Assembly: GCA_004431415.1 (NCBI GenBank)
Contig: QPMI01000095.1
Span: forward strand, 186,001-250,000
Origin: Cyanophora paradoxa CCMP329
Taxonomy: Eukaryota; Plantae; Glaucophyta
DNA length: 64,000 nucleotides
Direction of reading: 5' to 3'
The notes beneath the pieces were generated by a model that saw only the letters and a program-made list of their open reading frames with translations, searched no databases and was not told the DNA's origin. Shown here in pieces: positions 11,915-24,460 of this stretch; position 1 is the first letter of the stretch, and every line of letters begins with the position of its first letter. The translations under genes were made by a program, and so were the position numbers.

Positions 11915-12935
11915 GTCGGGGAGGGGGAGGGGAGGGGGGGGGACGGAGGGGGCCCGGGGACGGAGGGGGCCCGGGGGGGAGGGGGGGGGGGGGGGGGGGA
12001 CGGGGGGGACGGCCAGGCTGGCAAACGGCGAGGGCTGCACCCTAGACCTCCTTAGGCCTACGTGCACGTGTAGCCCAGACGTCGACAGGCGTAGAAGAAG
12101 AAGAAGAGTATGTATAAGACAGGCGTACTACGGTAGGTCACAGATCTAGACGCAGCTGCAGCTAGCTATAGCTATAGCTATATATAGCTATCCCTAGCTA
12201 GCTATCTATAGCTATCTGCAGCTAGCTATACTATGATATCCGCTAGCTTGCGCATGCGTGTCTACGCTTGCGGATTGAGCTGGCTGGCATGCTGCTAGGG
12301 ACCTAGGTGCGCATACTACCCAGAAAGTTAATTGCATAACTCGGTTGGGGAGTGTGTGTTGTGGCATGGCGGGGCGAGGGGGGGAGCGCGCTACGCGCCA
12401 GCTGGCATAATTAAAGAGGCCCTTACATAGAGCAGTTCGCAAGTGGTGGCGTCTAGCGCCGTTACCATCGATTTTCGACCACTGCGGGCGCGGGATTTTC
12501 GACCACTGCGGGCGGGGACCATCGATTTTCGACCACTGCGGCCACGGACCTATAACAGTAGCTGTACATATATATGCATGTGCCGCGATGTGCGGCGTGT
12601 AGTCGCCGTGTACTGCGGCGGCGAGCGGGGCCAGATGGAGGCGCCAGATATAGCGGCGGCGCCTGGGGAGTGCGACGCGCTCGAGCGTTTCGCACACCGG
12701 GCGATGTGTGGCTGGAGCTGGTTTAAAACCGATGTGTGGCTGGACCGGGCATGCATGCATCAGGTTTAAACCTCCCGATCCCGTTTAGAGGTTTAAACCC
12801 CAGTCGAAGAGAGAATTTAAAGGTCCATGGCATCAGCTTCAGCATCATACTTGAGTCATGCATGAGCCTGCATGAGCTTGAGTCCATGAGCCTGCATGAG
12901 CTTGAGTCATGATCATGAGCTGACTCAGTGAGTCA
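11915..12935. repeat. Low-complexity/palindromic repeat tract
   Basis: G-runs 11920-12010; AGCT/TATA palindromic tract 12150-12240; three TTTTCGACCACTGCGG units 12472-12541; GGTTTAAACCTC..GAGGTTTAAACC inverted pair 12763-12799; CATGAGCCTGCATGAGCTTGAGTC tandem. Confidence 0.7.
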
Positions 12936-13337
12936 CGACCGTTAGGCTAGGCTAGAGCTTGTGCAATATTGATGTGCAATCTCTGCGTTCCGAAGTTCCA
13001 CTGGGCCTGTGTCGTGAATCATTGAATTAGATTACCGCTTTCAAAAAACTTGAAAACAACGTGCAAGCCCTATGCCGCCGCCGCCCGGCCTGGCCATGGA
13101 TCCGGACCTACCGTAGAACATGAAAATACGTATACTGGCCAGAAATTCGTGGATCATAAACTTGCAATTGAAAACTTAGCCCTTCCTAAGTAACTAATTA
13201 AAATATATAAGTTAGGCAAAATACTGAAGCCCGAAATAAGTGGACCAAAACCGTTTCAGGCTTGTATATATATATGGGGCGCTGCAGCTGCGGCAGTACT
13301 TCTGGGGGTGCGATATCGATATCATAGTATAGCAGAT

Positions 13338-13475
13338 GCATTTCAGATATACACACGCGCTATCGATATCTGGATCCGGACTAGCCCTGTAGCTGTTCGG
13401 ACTAGCAGTATACGCTGAGCAATCATACGGGCTCTCTCTGATAGGCAACTCGACGTCGCCGTCGACGTCGAGATC
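13338..13475. repeat. Repeat family A, copy 2 (partial, three 6-bp palindromic insertions)
   Basis: Aligns to 14763-14882 apart from insertions GATATC, TCCGGA and GACGTC and one substitution. Confidence 0.85.
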
Positions 13476-13665
13476 AGGCATCCCAACGTTAACGTTAACA
13501 GCCGCCCCAGCAACACACACTACAGCCACCCCAGCAAGGCGCTTCAAAAGGTCTGCAGCTCTCCGAAGAAGATGAGACACTAGAGAGAGAGAGAGATCTA
13601 TATCGAGCAAGTAAAAGACACTCCCGCTAGCAGACAGCACGGGGTACCAGCATCAACAGGTGGGG
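13476..13665 (+). pseudogene. Degenerate duplicate of exon 3 of the 13905-14739 gene
   Basis: AACAGCCGCCCCAGCAACACACACTACAGCCACCCCAGCAAGGCGCTTCAAAAGGTCTGCAGCTCTC identical to 14561-14627; flanks match with filler insertions. Confidence 0.8.
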
Positions 13666-13904
13666 TATAGAGCCGAGGCCGCCGCCCCCTCCTGCAGCTG
13701 AGGTTCAATTGCACGAGCTGTGCAGCTGCTGCGGTTCGTGTACGCGTAACGCCAGCAGGCAGCTGAGCCGCAGCCCGCGCGCGACGTCGACTGGACTCCG
13801 GTCGCTGAGCGTCTAGGCAATAGTAGCATACAACGCTTAGCTAAAGCCCGCAATCTGTCTCTAAGTGCACAACGTTCAGCTACAGCCGCTCAGCGCTGCC
13901 TCGC

Positions 13905-14739
13905 ATGGGCAGCAAGGTGGCCAAAGGGAAGAAGAACGTGGGAGCTGCTGGAGGCCCTTCTGATGGGAGCGCGCGGCCTGCGGAAGTTGCAGACGGAGCG
14001 CCACCCACTGCACCACGCAGAGCGAGCGTTGATAGCGATGATGATCTACGGGAGCACATAAAAAACAGCACATCAAAACCAGAGCCGGCAGCGGCAGGCG
14101 GCAGCGGTCTGAGCCAGCATGACATCACACCAGTCCGCGAGCAGCGGAAGCTAAATGGCATGGCGCCGTTGTCCTACGCACCGCCTCCAGACGTCGACGT
14201 CGCGCCGGACACCGTCCGGCATCTCGCAGGGGTGCGGCTCTGCGAGGCCTTGACCGCGTGCCATCTAAAATTCAACTCAGAAGGAAGAGGTTGATGAGCT
14301 GGATTTCCTTCTTGATGAATTGCGGGTAAGAGCACGGGACTTCTTAAGTTGACACTGCATTTCAGATATACACACGCGCTATCTGGACTAGCCCTGTAGC
14401 TGTTCGAACTAGCAGTATACGCTGAGATCATACAAACTGTTGACACTGCTGACTTGACGCACTTTTCAGATTGTTGACGAACCTACGAGCAAATCTCGTG
14501 TCGTCCAGCCACGTGCACGACCCCTACCACAGCATTTGCATAGAAAGTACCAGCCATCCCAACAGCCGCCCCAGCAACACACACTACAGCCACCCCAGCA
14601 AGGCGCTTCAAAAGGTCTGCAGCTCTCAGAAGACGATGAGACACTGCTGGCAGACATTGAACAGCACGGGATACCACCATCAACAATCGGGGGCGGAAAG
14701 CAGGACAGAAATGACGATCTCGACCTAGAGGAGTGGTGA
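13905..14739 (+). CDS. Small three-exon acidic disordered protein, probable N-myristoylation
   Basis: MGSKVAKGKK..VRHLAG | KEEVDELDFLLDELR | IVDEPTSK..DDLDLEEW*; two phase-0 GT-AG introns give a continuous frame. Confidence 0.65.
14359..14438. mobile_element. Truncated family A insertion in intron, flanked by 11-bp direct repeat
   Basis: GTTGACACTGC at 14348-14358 and 14439-14449 brackets an 80-bp piece of family A. Confidence 0.65.
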
Positions 14740-14762
14740 CAGCGGGGGGCGGTGACGCTCTG

Positions 14763-15767
14763 GCATTTCAGATATACACACACGCTATCTGGACTAGCCC
14801 TGTAGCTGTTCGGACTAGCAGTATACGCTGAGCAATCATACGGGCTCTCTCTGATAGGCAACTCGACGTCGCCGTCGAGATCGAAGTCGAAACCGAGGGG
14901 TCGAAATCGAAATCTAAGCCTTCTGTTGCTCTACCGGACTAGGCGTGCGGGCCTTGCCCGAGGGCTCGAGCTCGCCCGTTCGCCGCCACTGAGGGCCGCT
15001 AAGGGAGAGGAATACAGCCTCCCCCACTCCCACGAGGGGCGCAGAAGGTGGAGCCGCATCGCACTGCGTCAGAAAGGGGCGGCGCTGGAACTGTGGCCGT
15101 CATGATCACGATCCGTGAGGGTCGCTGAACTGCGCGCGGTCGCCGGGTCAGATCGAAATCAAAACTCCCGAAACCCAAATCGAAGTCTCAGTCTCAGAGT
15201 CTCATCCAAAGGCTCCAAATCAAACTCGCAATCAAAGGCTCATGATCAGATCCCGGAGTCCAAATCAAAAAACCCCCACCGCCCCGCCCCAGCTCTCAGA
15301 GTCTGCCAGCCTCAGATACAAATCAACTTGGCAAATCCAAATCAAAGTCGCGATCAACTTGGCAGACTTTGAAATCCAAATCAAAGCTTAAGTCGCGATA
15401 CTATGATATTGATCAACTTGGCAAATCCTTATCGGCTCTCCCACGCTGTACTGCGGCAGGAATCTAGTTGGAGTACTTTTAGGCAAGTTGCACTGGAATT
15501 TGTCCCCACACTAGCGTACCGCTGTGACTTGTTTCAGAAGAAGAAGAAGAGAATGTATAAGACACCTCCATGCCGGCGCCAGCGGCAGGGTGAGTTCCTC
15601 CAGCTAGCTAGCTCTAGTGTCCGCGGGGAGGAGCATTACTCTCCTTAGGGGGCCATGCAGGGCCCGGCTCGCCAGTTCGCTGGTGGGCTGGGCCCGCGGC
15701 CGCGGCGGCCGCAGTGTACATCCCACACTTGTAGCCCGGACTTGCGGTTTGAATTCGTGTCCAAATC
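14763..15767. repeat. Repeat family A, copy 4 (long copy)
   Basis: Both ends match copy 1 (1631-1815 and ~2095-2190); internal AAATCCAAATCAAA and GGCTCATGATCAGATCC motifs shared. Confidence 0.75.
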
Positions 15768-17968
<2,201 letters not shown>

Positions 17969-18423
17969 AGAGGCGCAGGCAGGCAGTAGTAGCAGGCTCA
18001 CAGATCAGAGTTCTACTGCTAGACTAGCGACTGCGGATAGTCGCCAAACCGCTCTTTTCGGCCAGTCGCGCGCCAAGCGCTTTGCTCTGCAGCTTAGGCG
18101 CGGCGTGCCCTCTTTCGTAACCGCGGGCAATTGCGTACCCAACCGGATTCACGGTTATTGCGTACCCGGTTTTCGAGTGCCTACGCCCCTGCGCGTGCGG
18201 CCCTGCGCATGCATGCGCTGGCCTGCGCGGCGTTAACGTTGCGCAAGTTCGAATTCGTTTATACTTGAACGGTATCTGATGGGAGCTTTGCAATTGTGTG
18301 ATCATGAGGGCTTTCCGAAGTTCGAATTCTGATATCGATGGGAGCGCGGCTGCGGGCGGGCGCGGCAGGTATACGTATATATATCGTACCCGGGCCCTCC
18401 CCCCGTCCCAGTTATTGATCAAC

Positions 18424-18456
<33 letters not shown>

Positions 18457-18547
18457 TCCCTTACAAATCCGCGGGGCCAAATAAGAAGATGCGAAGAAGC
18501 GATAATTATTTGGATTCAGATTCACTACTGCTAGTTCTTGTTTCGTG

Positions 18548-20358
18548 CTAGGTGAGGACCCACAAGCTGGGGCGCAAACGCTTCCAGCTCCACGAGATTC
18601 CTTCCTGTCGGATCCAGAAAGGGGAATTTGGTTCCTCAGACCCATGTCGAACACGCTTTCCAGGAGCAGGGCTGGCGACGGCCTTCAAGCAGGTGGAATA
18701 TGCCCGTCGCCCAACGAGATCTGATGAGGCAGCGCGGCGCGTCTCCAAGACCTCACGCAGCCGTGGGGACTTCGCTGCCCATCGCCAGCCCGATAGAGCG
18801 GCGAATTGCGCATAAGCGAAGGATGGCAGGAAGCCCCAGCTCTGCGCGTTTAAGATGTCCTGTGTCCTGTGAACTGTAAGGGGCGCTTCATTCGCTACTT
18901 GCTCTGTGGCGGGACGCACCAGGACGCGAGCGCGGCCTCGTGCGGGAGGAGGTCGGGACCAGCAAGTCGGGGCATGCGGTGGGCTGAATGCATAAACGAC
19001 TAAAAAAAAATAAACGACTGCGAAGCACACCAGAGCAAGGGCCAGAAGGCGCACCTTGAGGAGGCCAAAATTATGCGGAAAATCGTCCAAGAGGGAAGCC
19101 GTTGGTCGGTGCTTTGCCAATTCGACGTCATCGCTCAGGGGCGTCGTGACAGGACCCCCAGGGCCCAGTAGCCGCGAGTTTGACCGATGCTGCACGACTG
19201 CGCTTGATGGGATAGCTGTTTTCGTCCTCGCTAAAGCCGATGCCGGAGCTGGCGCTGGGGGTAGCGCTTGAGGCTTAGTCGCCATCAGCATCGGGGGTGG
19301 ACAACCCACGCGGCGTGTGGAACGAGCACGCTGGGTGGGGGCCTGAATCTGGCGGAGGGGGCGAGAAGAGGGGCTGGACGGGGGAGAAGGGGCCTGGGGC
19401 CGCCAGTCAGGCCCATGCAGGAACTTGAGGAGCTCCGTTTGCAATGTCTCGTCGCCTTCGTCGTGGTACTTCTTGAAAGCCGTCAGAAGCGGCTCAGAGT
19501 AGTCGATCGCTGAAAAAATCGCCAGCATCCTCGTCAGTTACCAGCGTCACCAATCGAGCGGGGCGGAAAGACGAGCACCAGCATCATAGAGACCGCCAGC
19601 ATCATCGTCAGTCAGCCGCAGGGGGCCGCTGGCGCGCCATTTCTCGATGTACGCCATCACCTCCCGCAGCAGCGTTGGTGCCGTCGTCGGCCTTGCCCTT
19701 ACCAAGCTCTCCCTGCGGGCACGCTCGCCGGCGCACGTCTCCGCGCGCCCGAACAGAGGCGTGCGCACGAGAAAGTCGGCACGGCGTTCTCCTTGTCTTC
19801 CTCGGCATAGGTATCCCGACGGGAAAGAAGGAGAAGCGCGGCCGCCATCTCGTGGGCATTCGGGGAGGGGTGAGCTAGGGACGCCGGGTGCGTTCTCATG
19901 TCCGCCGATTGAACTGCCGAGCTGTTGTGCTGCCGCAAAGGGGTGCTGGGGGATTTGGCAGCGGGAGAGAGGAGCGCTTTCGCGATTGGCGCCTTGACGG
20001 CGGGCGAGGTAGGGCATCCAGATGAGGGTGATGCGGGGGCAGTCATGGAGCTGGCCTCGCTCAGCTTGAGCAAGGAGCGGGCAGGGGTGGGGATTTCTGA
20101 AGCAGAATGCTTCCGAGGCAGCGTGGGGGAGGGGTCTAGGTAAGCGGGTCGCGGCTGCACACGTCCTCCGCGAACGAGAACAGACGTCTGAGCACGCCTC
20201 CGCTGCGCTGGCGACATGCACGAGCGGTGCGGGGCGTCGGGGGTTCCGAGCGGCGCCGGCGGGCTTTCCGGGGATGCGGAAGTCATGGGCGAGGTCATGG
20301 GCGACACCGGTTGCGCCCGATGCGCCCGATGCGCGCGTGCAACTGCATCGGAATCCAC
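18548..20358 (-). CDS. Hypothetical multi-exon Ser/Pro-rich protein
   Basis: Overlapping minus-strand frames 19699-20358, 19547-20221 and 18548-19528 joinable by short introns; contains DKEN; no recognised domain. Confidence 0.45.
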
Positions 20359-20515
20359 CCCCCCGACGTGTTCCGGCGAAGTCGCGTGAAAGTCGGCCTC
20401 GAAGCTCCTTTAGCCGGCATGGAGCGCCGTTCGTAAATCAGCGGAATCACCGTACAACATGCACACGCGACAAAGAACGCGCACCCTACCGCGAGCGGAG
20501 AGCTGGAATTCAAAT

Positions 20516-20842
20516 TGCTCAGCTCCCTAACGCTGCTCATGCTCAGCTCCCTAACGCTGCCGGCTCGTTATGCTCACTGGATTCCGAGATTGCCGCCCCT
20601 CCTGGCTGAGGTTGGAGGCTCGCCCCGCTGGCTCCGCCGCGGCGTCGCGCCAGCCCGCCGCCTTTACAGGGGTATAGCGTATAGGGTGAAAGGGGTATAG
20701 TGCCGAGATTGCCGCCCCCCCTGGCTGAGGTTCAATTGCACAAGCTGTGCAGCTGCTGCGGTCGAGCCGCAGCGCTCCAGCTCGAGCGCCGCAGCCAGGG
20801 GCAGCTGCGAAGCTTGCCAGGGGCAGCTGCGAAGCTTGCCAG
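20516..20842. repeat. Short tandem and dispersed repeats upstream of BBS9
   Basis: TGCTCAGCTCCCTAACGCTGC x2; CCGAGATTGCCGCCCC..CTGGCTGAGGTT x2; GGGGCAGCTGCGAAGCTTGCCA x2; 20692-20762 matches 13662-13735. Confidence 0.7.
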
Positions 20843-20874
20843 GAGTCCTCCGCATCTAAAGCGCGCTTCCGACC

Positions 20875-23800
20875 ATGAGCCTGTTCAAAGCGCGAGACTG
20901 GTGGAGCTGGCGTGTGGAGGGTGGTTCGGAAGAGTTCGACCGCGGGAACATGGTCGTGGACAACGTCGACAACGACCCCAGTGGCTCGCGTAAGTAGGCT
21001 TGCGTTCACTAGCTATTTGCGCTGATCCGGGGCGTGGCGCAGTGAAGATTGTCATTGGCAGCTTCCAGGGCGTGCTCCGGATTTTCAGCCCGCGGCAACG
21101 AGACTACCGCGTCGAGGATCTGATTCTCGAGCAAGAGCTCGATGCGCCCGTCTTGCAGCTTGCAACAGGCCGCTTTGTGCCGTGCGCGAGCTCCTGCCGA
21201 CTTAGCTAGTGGCGCCGGATGCGGCCTAACGTCCGTGTATTCGCAGGAACCTCAATCAGGTCGCTCTTGCAGTTCTGCATCCCCGTAAGCTGGCGGTCTA
21301 CACAGTCCAGGCCGCGGGGGGCTCCGCAGGGCAGGCTGGTTACTACACGCTAAATAAGAACTATGAGCACAGCTTGGACCGCACGGCGTATAACATGTGT
21401 CATGGACCCTTCGGCGGCGTTTACGGTGCATGCTGCTCGGGCTGCAGCTGCGATCCCCTTCCCGCCGACAGCAGCTTTTGAGAGGTGTTCTGCCGCAGAC
21501 AAGGATTACCTTTGCGTGCAGTCAATGGACGGATGCCTGTACTTCTTCGAGCAGGACACGTTCGCCTTCAGCCGCTTCCTGTCGAACTTCCTGGTCCCCG
21601 GCCCCCTGTGCTACAGCGCCCGCCTCGACTCCTTCATCACCTTCAACTCTGTTATGGACATTGAGGCCTACAAGTCCGCGAACCTCCCGCTCCCTTTCCC
21701 TCGCTCGGGATCTGAGCGCCGCGCAGGTACGGTAGTTTGGCCGCATCCACCGCCGAGCGTAAAGCCGAGGGGGGCGACGCCGGCGGGGGAAAGCGCGTGC
21801 AAGTCGACTGGAGCGTCAATATCGGCGAACAGGTCCTCGACATTCAGATTGGGCGGTTCACGAGGTGCTGGCTCGCACTTCCCACCGCCGGACACATGCC
21901 CCGCCGACCACCCGCAGGTCGCAGCCCGCAAACCAGAATGACATTGTTGTCCTTAGTGCGCTCTTCCCTTGAATAGCTTCCGTTTCGTGTCTTGTTCCTT
22001 CCTTCAATTCCTTTTCCGAGAACCAGCCTGCGCTGCGAGCACGGAGACGCTGGTCTGACCTGTTTTTTTGCAGCGGAGCGGGGTCTCTACTGCGTGCGAG
22101 AACAGGGCCAGATTCGCTTCCAGAAGCGCTTAGACTACTTTCCATCCGCCATCGCGCTGTACCCCTGCGGCGACGACCGTGAGCTCGCCCCCCGCAATTC
22201 CAATTCCAGAACGGCGGGGCGAGCGGGGCGCAGCGTCACAGCACAGCGCGGTGGTGGCGAACCACAACTCGATGCTCATGTTCTACAAGGAGGCGCAGCT
22301 CATCTGGTCCGCCGGCTGCCAATCCGTCCCCGTCGCCCTCGCCGTCGCCACCTTCGGGTGCGTGTCCCACCTGCCGCCAGGAGCCGCCGCTGATTTGCGG
22401 CAGGGGCCTCTCGGGGCTCGTGGTTTCGCTGGACGACGCGGGGCAGCTTGCGGTGGCGTACCTGGGGACGGACCCGCCGACGACCGTCGTGGGGGCCTTC
22501 GAGAGCAACAAGGAGCTCAACTACGAGGAGATGGACGACGAGCACCGCCGCCTCCTGGCCATCATCCGCGAGGCCACCTCCGGCGCGCCCGCCCCGACCC
22601 CGCCCCACCCCCGCCCGGGGCCCCTGACGTCGCCCCCAGAGAATCGGACGGAGCCGAGCGAGCGGATCGTGATCAAGGCGCAGGTCCCGCCGCGCCTCGA
22701 CCCCTCATCGGGCCTCCCCGCGGGCGAGGACGGCGACGATGAGGGCTGGCAGCACGGCGCCGGCTGGCGGGGGCGGGGCGTCACCGTCCGCCTTTTCCTC
22801 TCCTACACGGGCCCCGAGCGCATCGAGGACGTGACACTAACGGTAGCCCCAGCCCCGCCCCTCACCGTCTCGCACGACATCCTCCACATCCCCGCCGTCG
22901 GTGCCGGTCCCACCCCCCGCCGCCCCGCGCCCCTGCCCACCGCCCCGCAGCCGGCGCCCGCGGCACGCCAGCTACCGTCACCCTCCTCTTCCGCTGTCGC
23001 CCCGACGCCCTTCCCACATCCCTCACCGCCGAGGCCCGCCTGCAGCGACCACCGCGCCTGCCGCCGCGCCGACGCCTCCGCAGGTCGCGGCAGCGTACCG
23101 GAGCCCCCAGGGGGAGCCCCGCGTGTCGCGTGCCACCATCGCCCTCCCCCTCGCCCTCGCCGTCGCCCCCGTCGCTCCCCTCAAGAACGCCACCTTCAAG
23201 GTCCGCGTCTGCCGCCCGCCCCGCCGGGCCCCGCCAACGCGCCGCAGATCACGATCGAGACGAACCGACCGCCGCCGCCGCTTGCGGCCCTCTTCGGGGA
23301 CCTCGTGCAGGGGACGCCCTTCGGGGACGCCAAGGCGGCGGCGGCCGGCGGCGTGCTGACCCTGCAGTTCTTCGCGGGGCCCGACGTCACGATCCTCGTC
23401 TCGAAGAACGCGGGGCGGTACCGCATCCAGAGTGGGGCCTTCGAGGCCCTCCAGCTCGCCGCCGAGCAGCTCTGCGCCCGCCTCGAGGCGCATTTCGGGC
23501 GCCACGTCGCTGCCGGCGAGGAGCCGCTCCAGATCAGCTTCCAGGAGGCGCTCCCCCTCCACGACTACTTCGCCGTCATCGACGAGGCGCGCCGCCCCCG
23601 CGCCGCCCCCGTGCCGTCCCGGTCACCCTCAACCCCGCCCAGCACTTCCGGTGCCGGGAGCGCTGCCGCGAGGCGGACAAGGTCCTGGCGGAGCGCTCGC
23701 AGCAGTTCCGCGCCGTGCAGAAGCGCCTTCTTGTGCGCTTCAAGGACCGTAACCCGGCGCCCCTCTCCCATCTAGACACCCTCCTCGTGAGCCCCGCGCT

Positions 23801-24329
23801 CCGCCGTTCGCCGCGCGTCCCGACGGCCCGCAGGCGCAAACGTACGAGGGCCTGATGGAGCTCGCGCGGGAGGCAGAGCAGCGGCAGCGGTCGCTCAAGG
23901 AGGCGGCGGGCCGCCTCTCGGTCGCGACGCGCCTCGTCTGCCTCCTTGTAAAGCTCCGCTTCGGGCTCGATGAGGAGAACGCGAAGCAGCTCGAGGCGCA
24001 CCTCACACCCGTTGTCGCCGACACCCCCGACCAGGTATGCACGGCCCGCCCGCCCGCCGCGCGCCGCCGTGCGAACCTGCCACCAGGGCTGGGAGGAGTG
24101 CGTCGAGGCGGCAATGACGCAGCTGCTGCGGACGGCGCTCGCCAAGAACGCAAAGGAGGCGGGGAGCGGGCCGCAGCCGCTCACCCGCGCCACGGACACT
24201 GTCCGCCTAAAAAAGCACATCACCCTCGTCTGCGACCGCCTCTCCAAAGGGGCGCGAATTGCCTTGTCCTCCGCTCCCCCGCCACCCGCCCCTGCCCGCG
24301 ACCCCCCAGCGCCCGAGAGCGGACAATGA
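20875..24329 (+). CDS. BBS9: BBSome subunit BBS9 (PTHB1)
   Basis: MSLFKARDWW, KIVIGSFQGVLRIFSP, LAVLHPRKL, LCVQSMDG, FLVPGPLCY, YLGTDPP, SKNAGRYRIQS, QFRAVQKRLLVRFKDRNPAPL, LKKHITLVCDRL. Confidence 0.96.
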
Positions 24330-24460
24330 GAGCGTCACTGCATCATGGGGGCGCTCGTATTTAAAATCCATAACAAACTATCTCGTACACGTCAGGAGGG
24401 CGCCGATAGCTATATAGTGATAAGGATCTTAGCGGATACTGAACTCTTTTTAGCTATGCT

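Noticed and set aside
12464-12545. CRISPR-like repeats
   Set aside because: Only three 16-bp units with 6-14 nt gaps, eukaryotic context, no cas genes
14763-14820. Helitron 3' end (hairpin plus CTAG) in family A
   Set aside because: Homology continues well past the CTAG and the sharp boundary is on the other side
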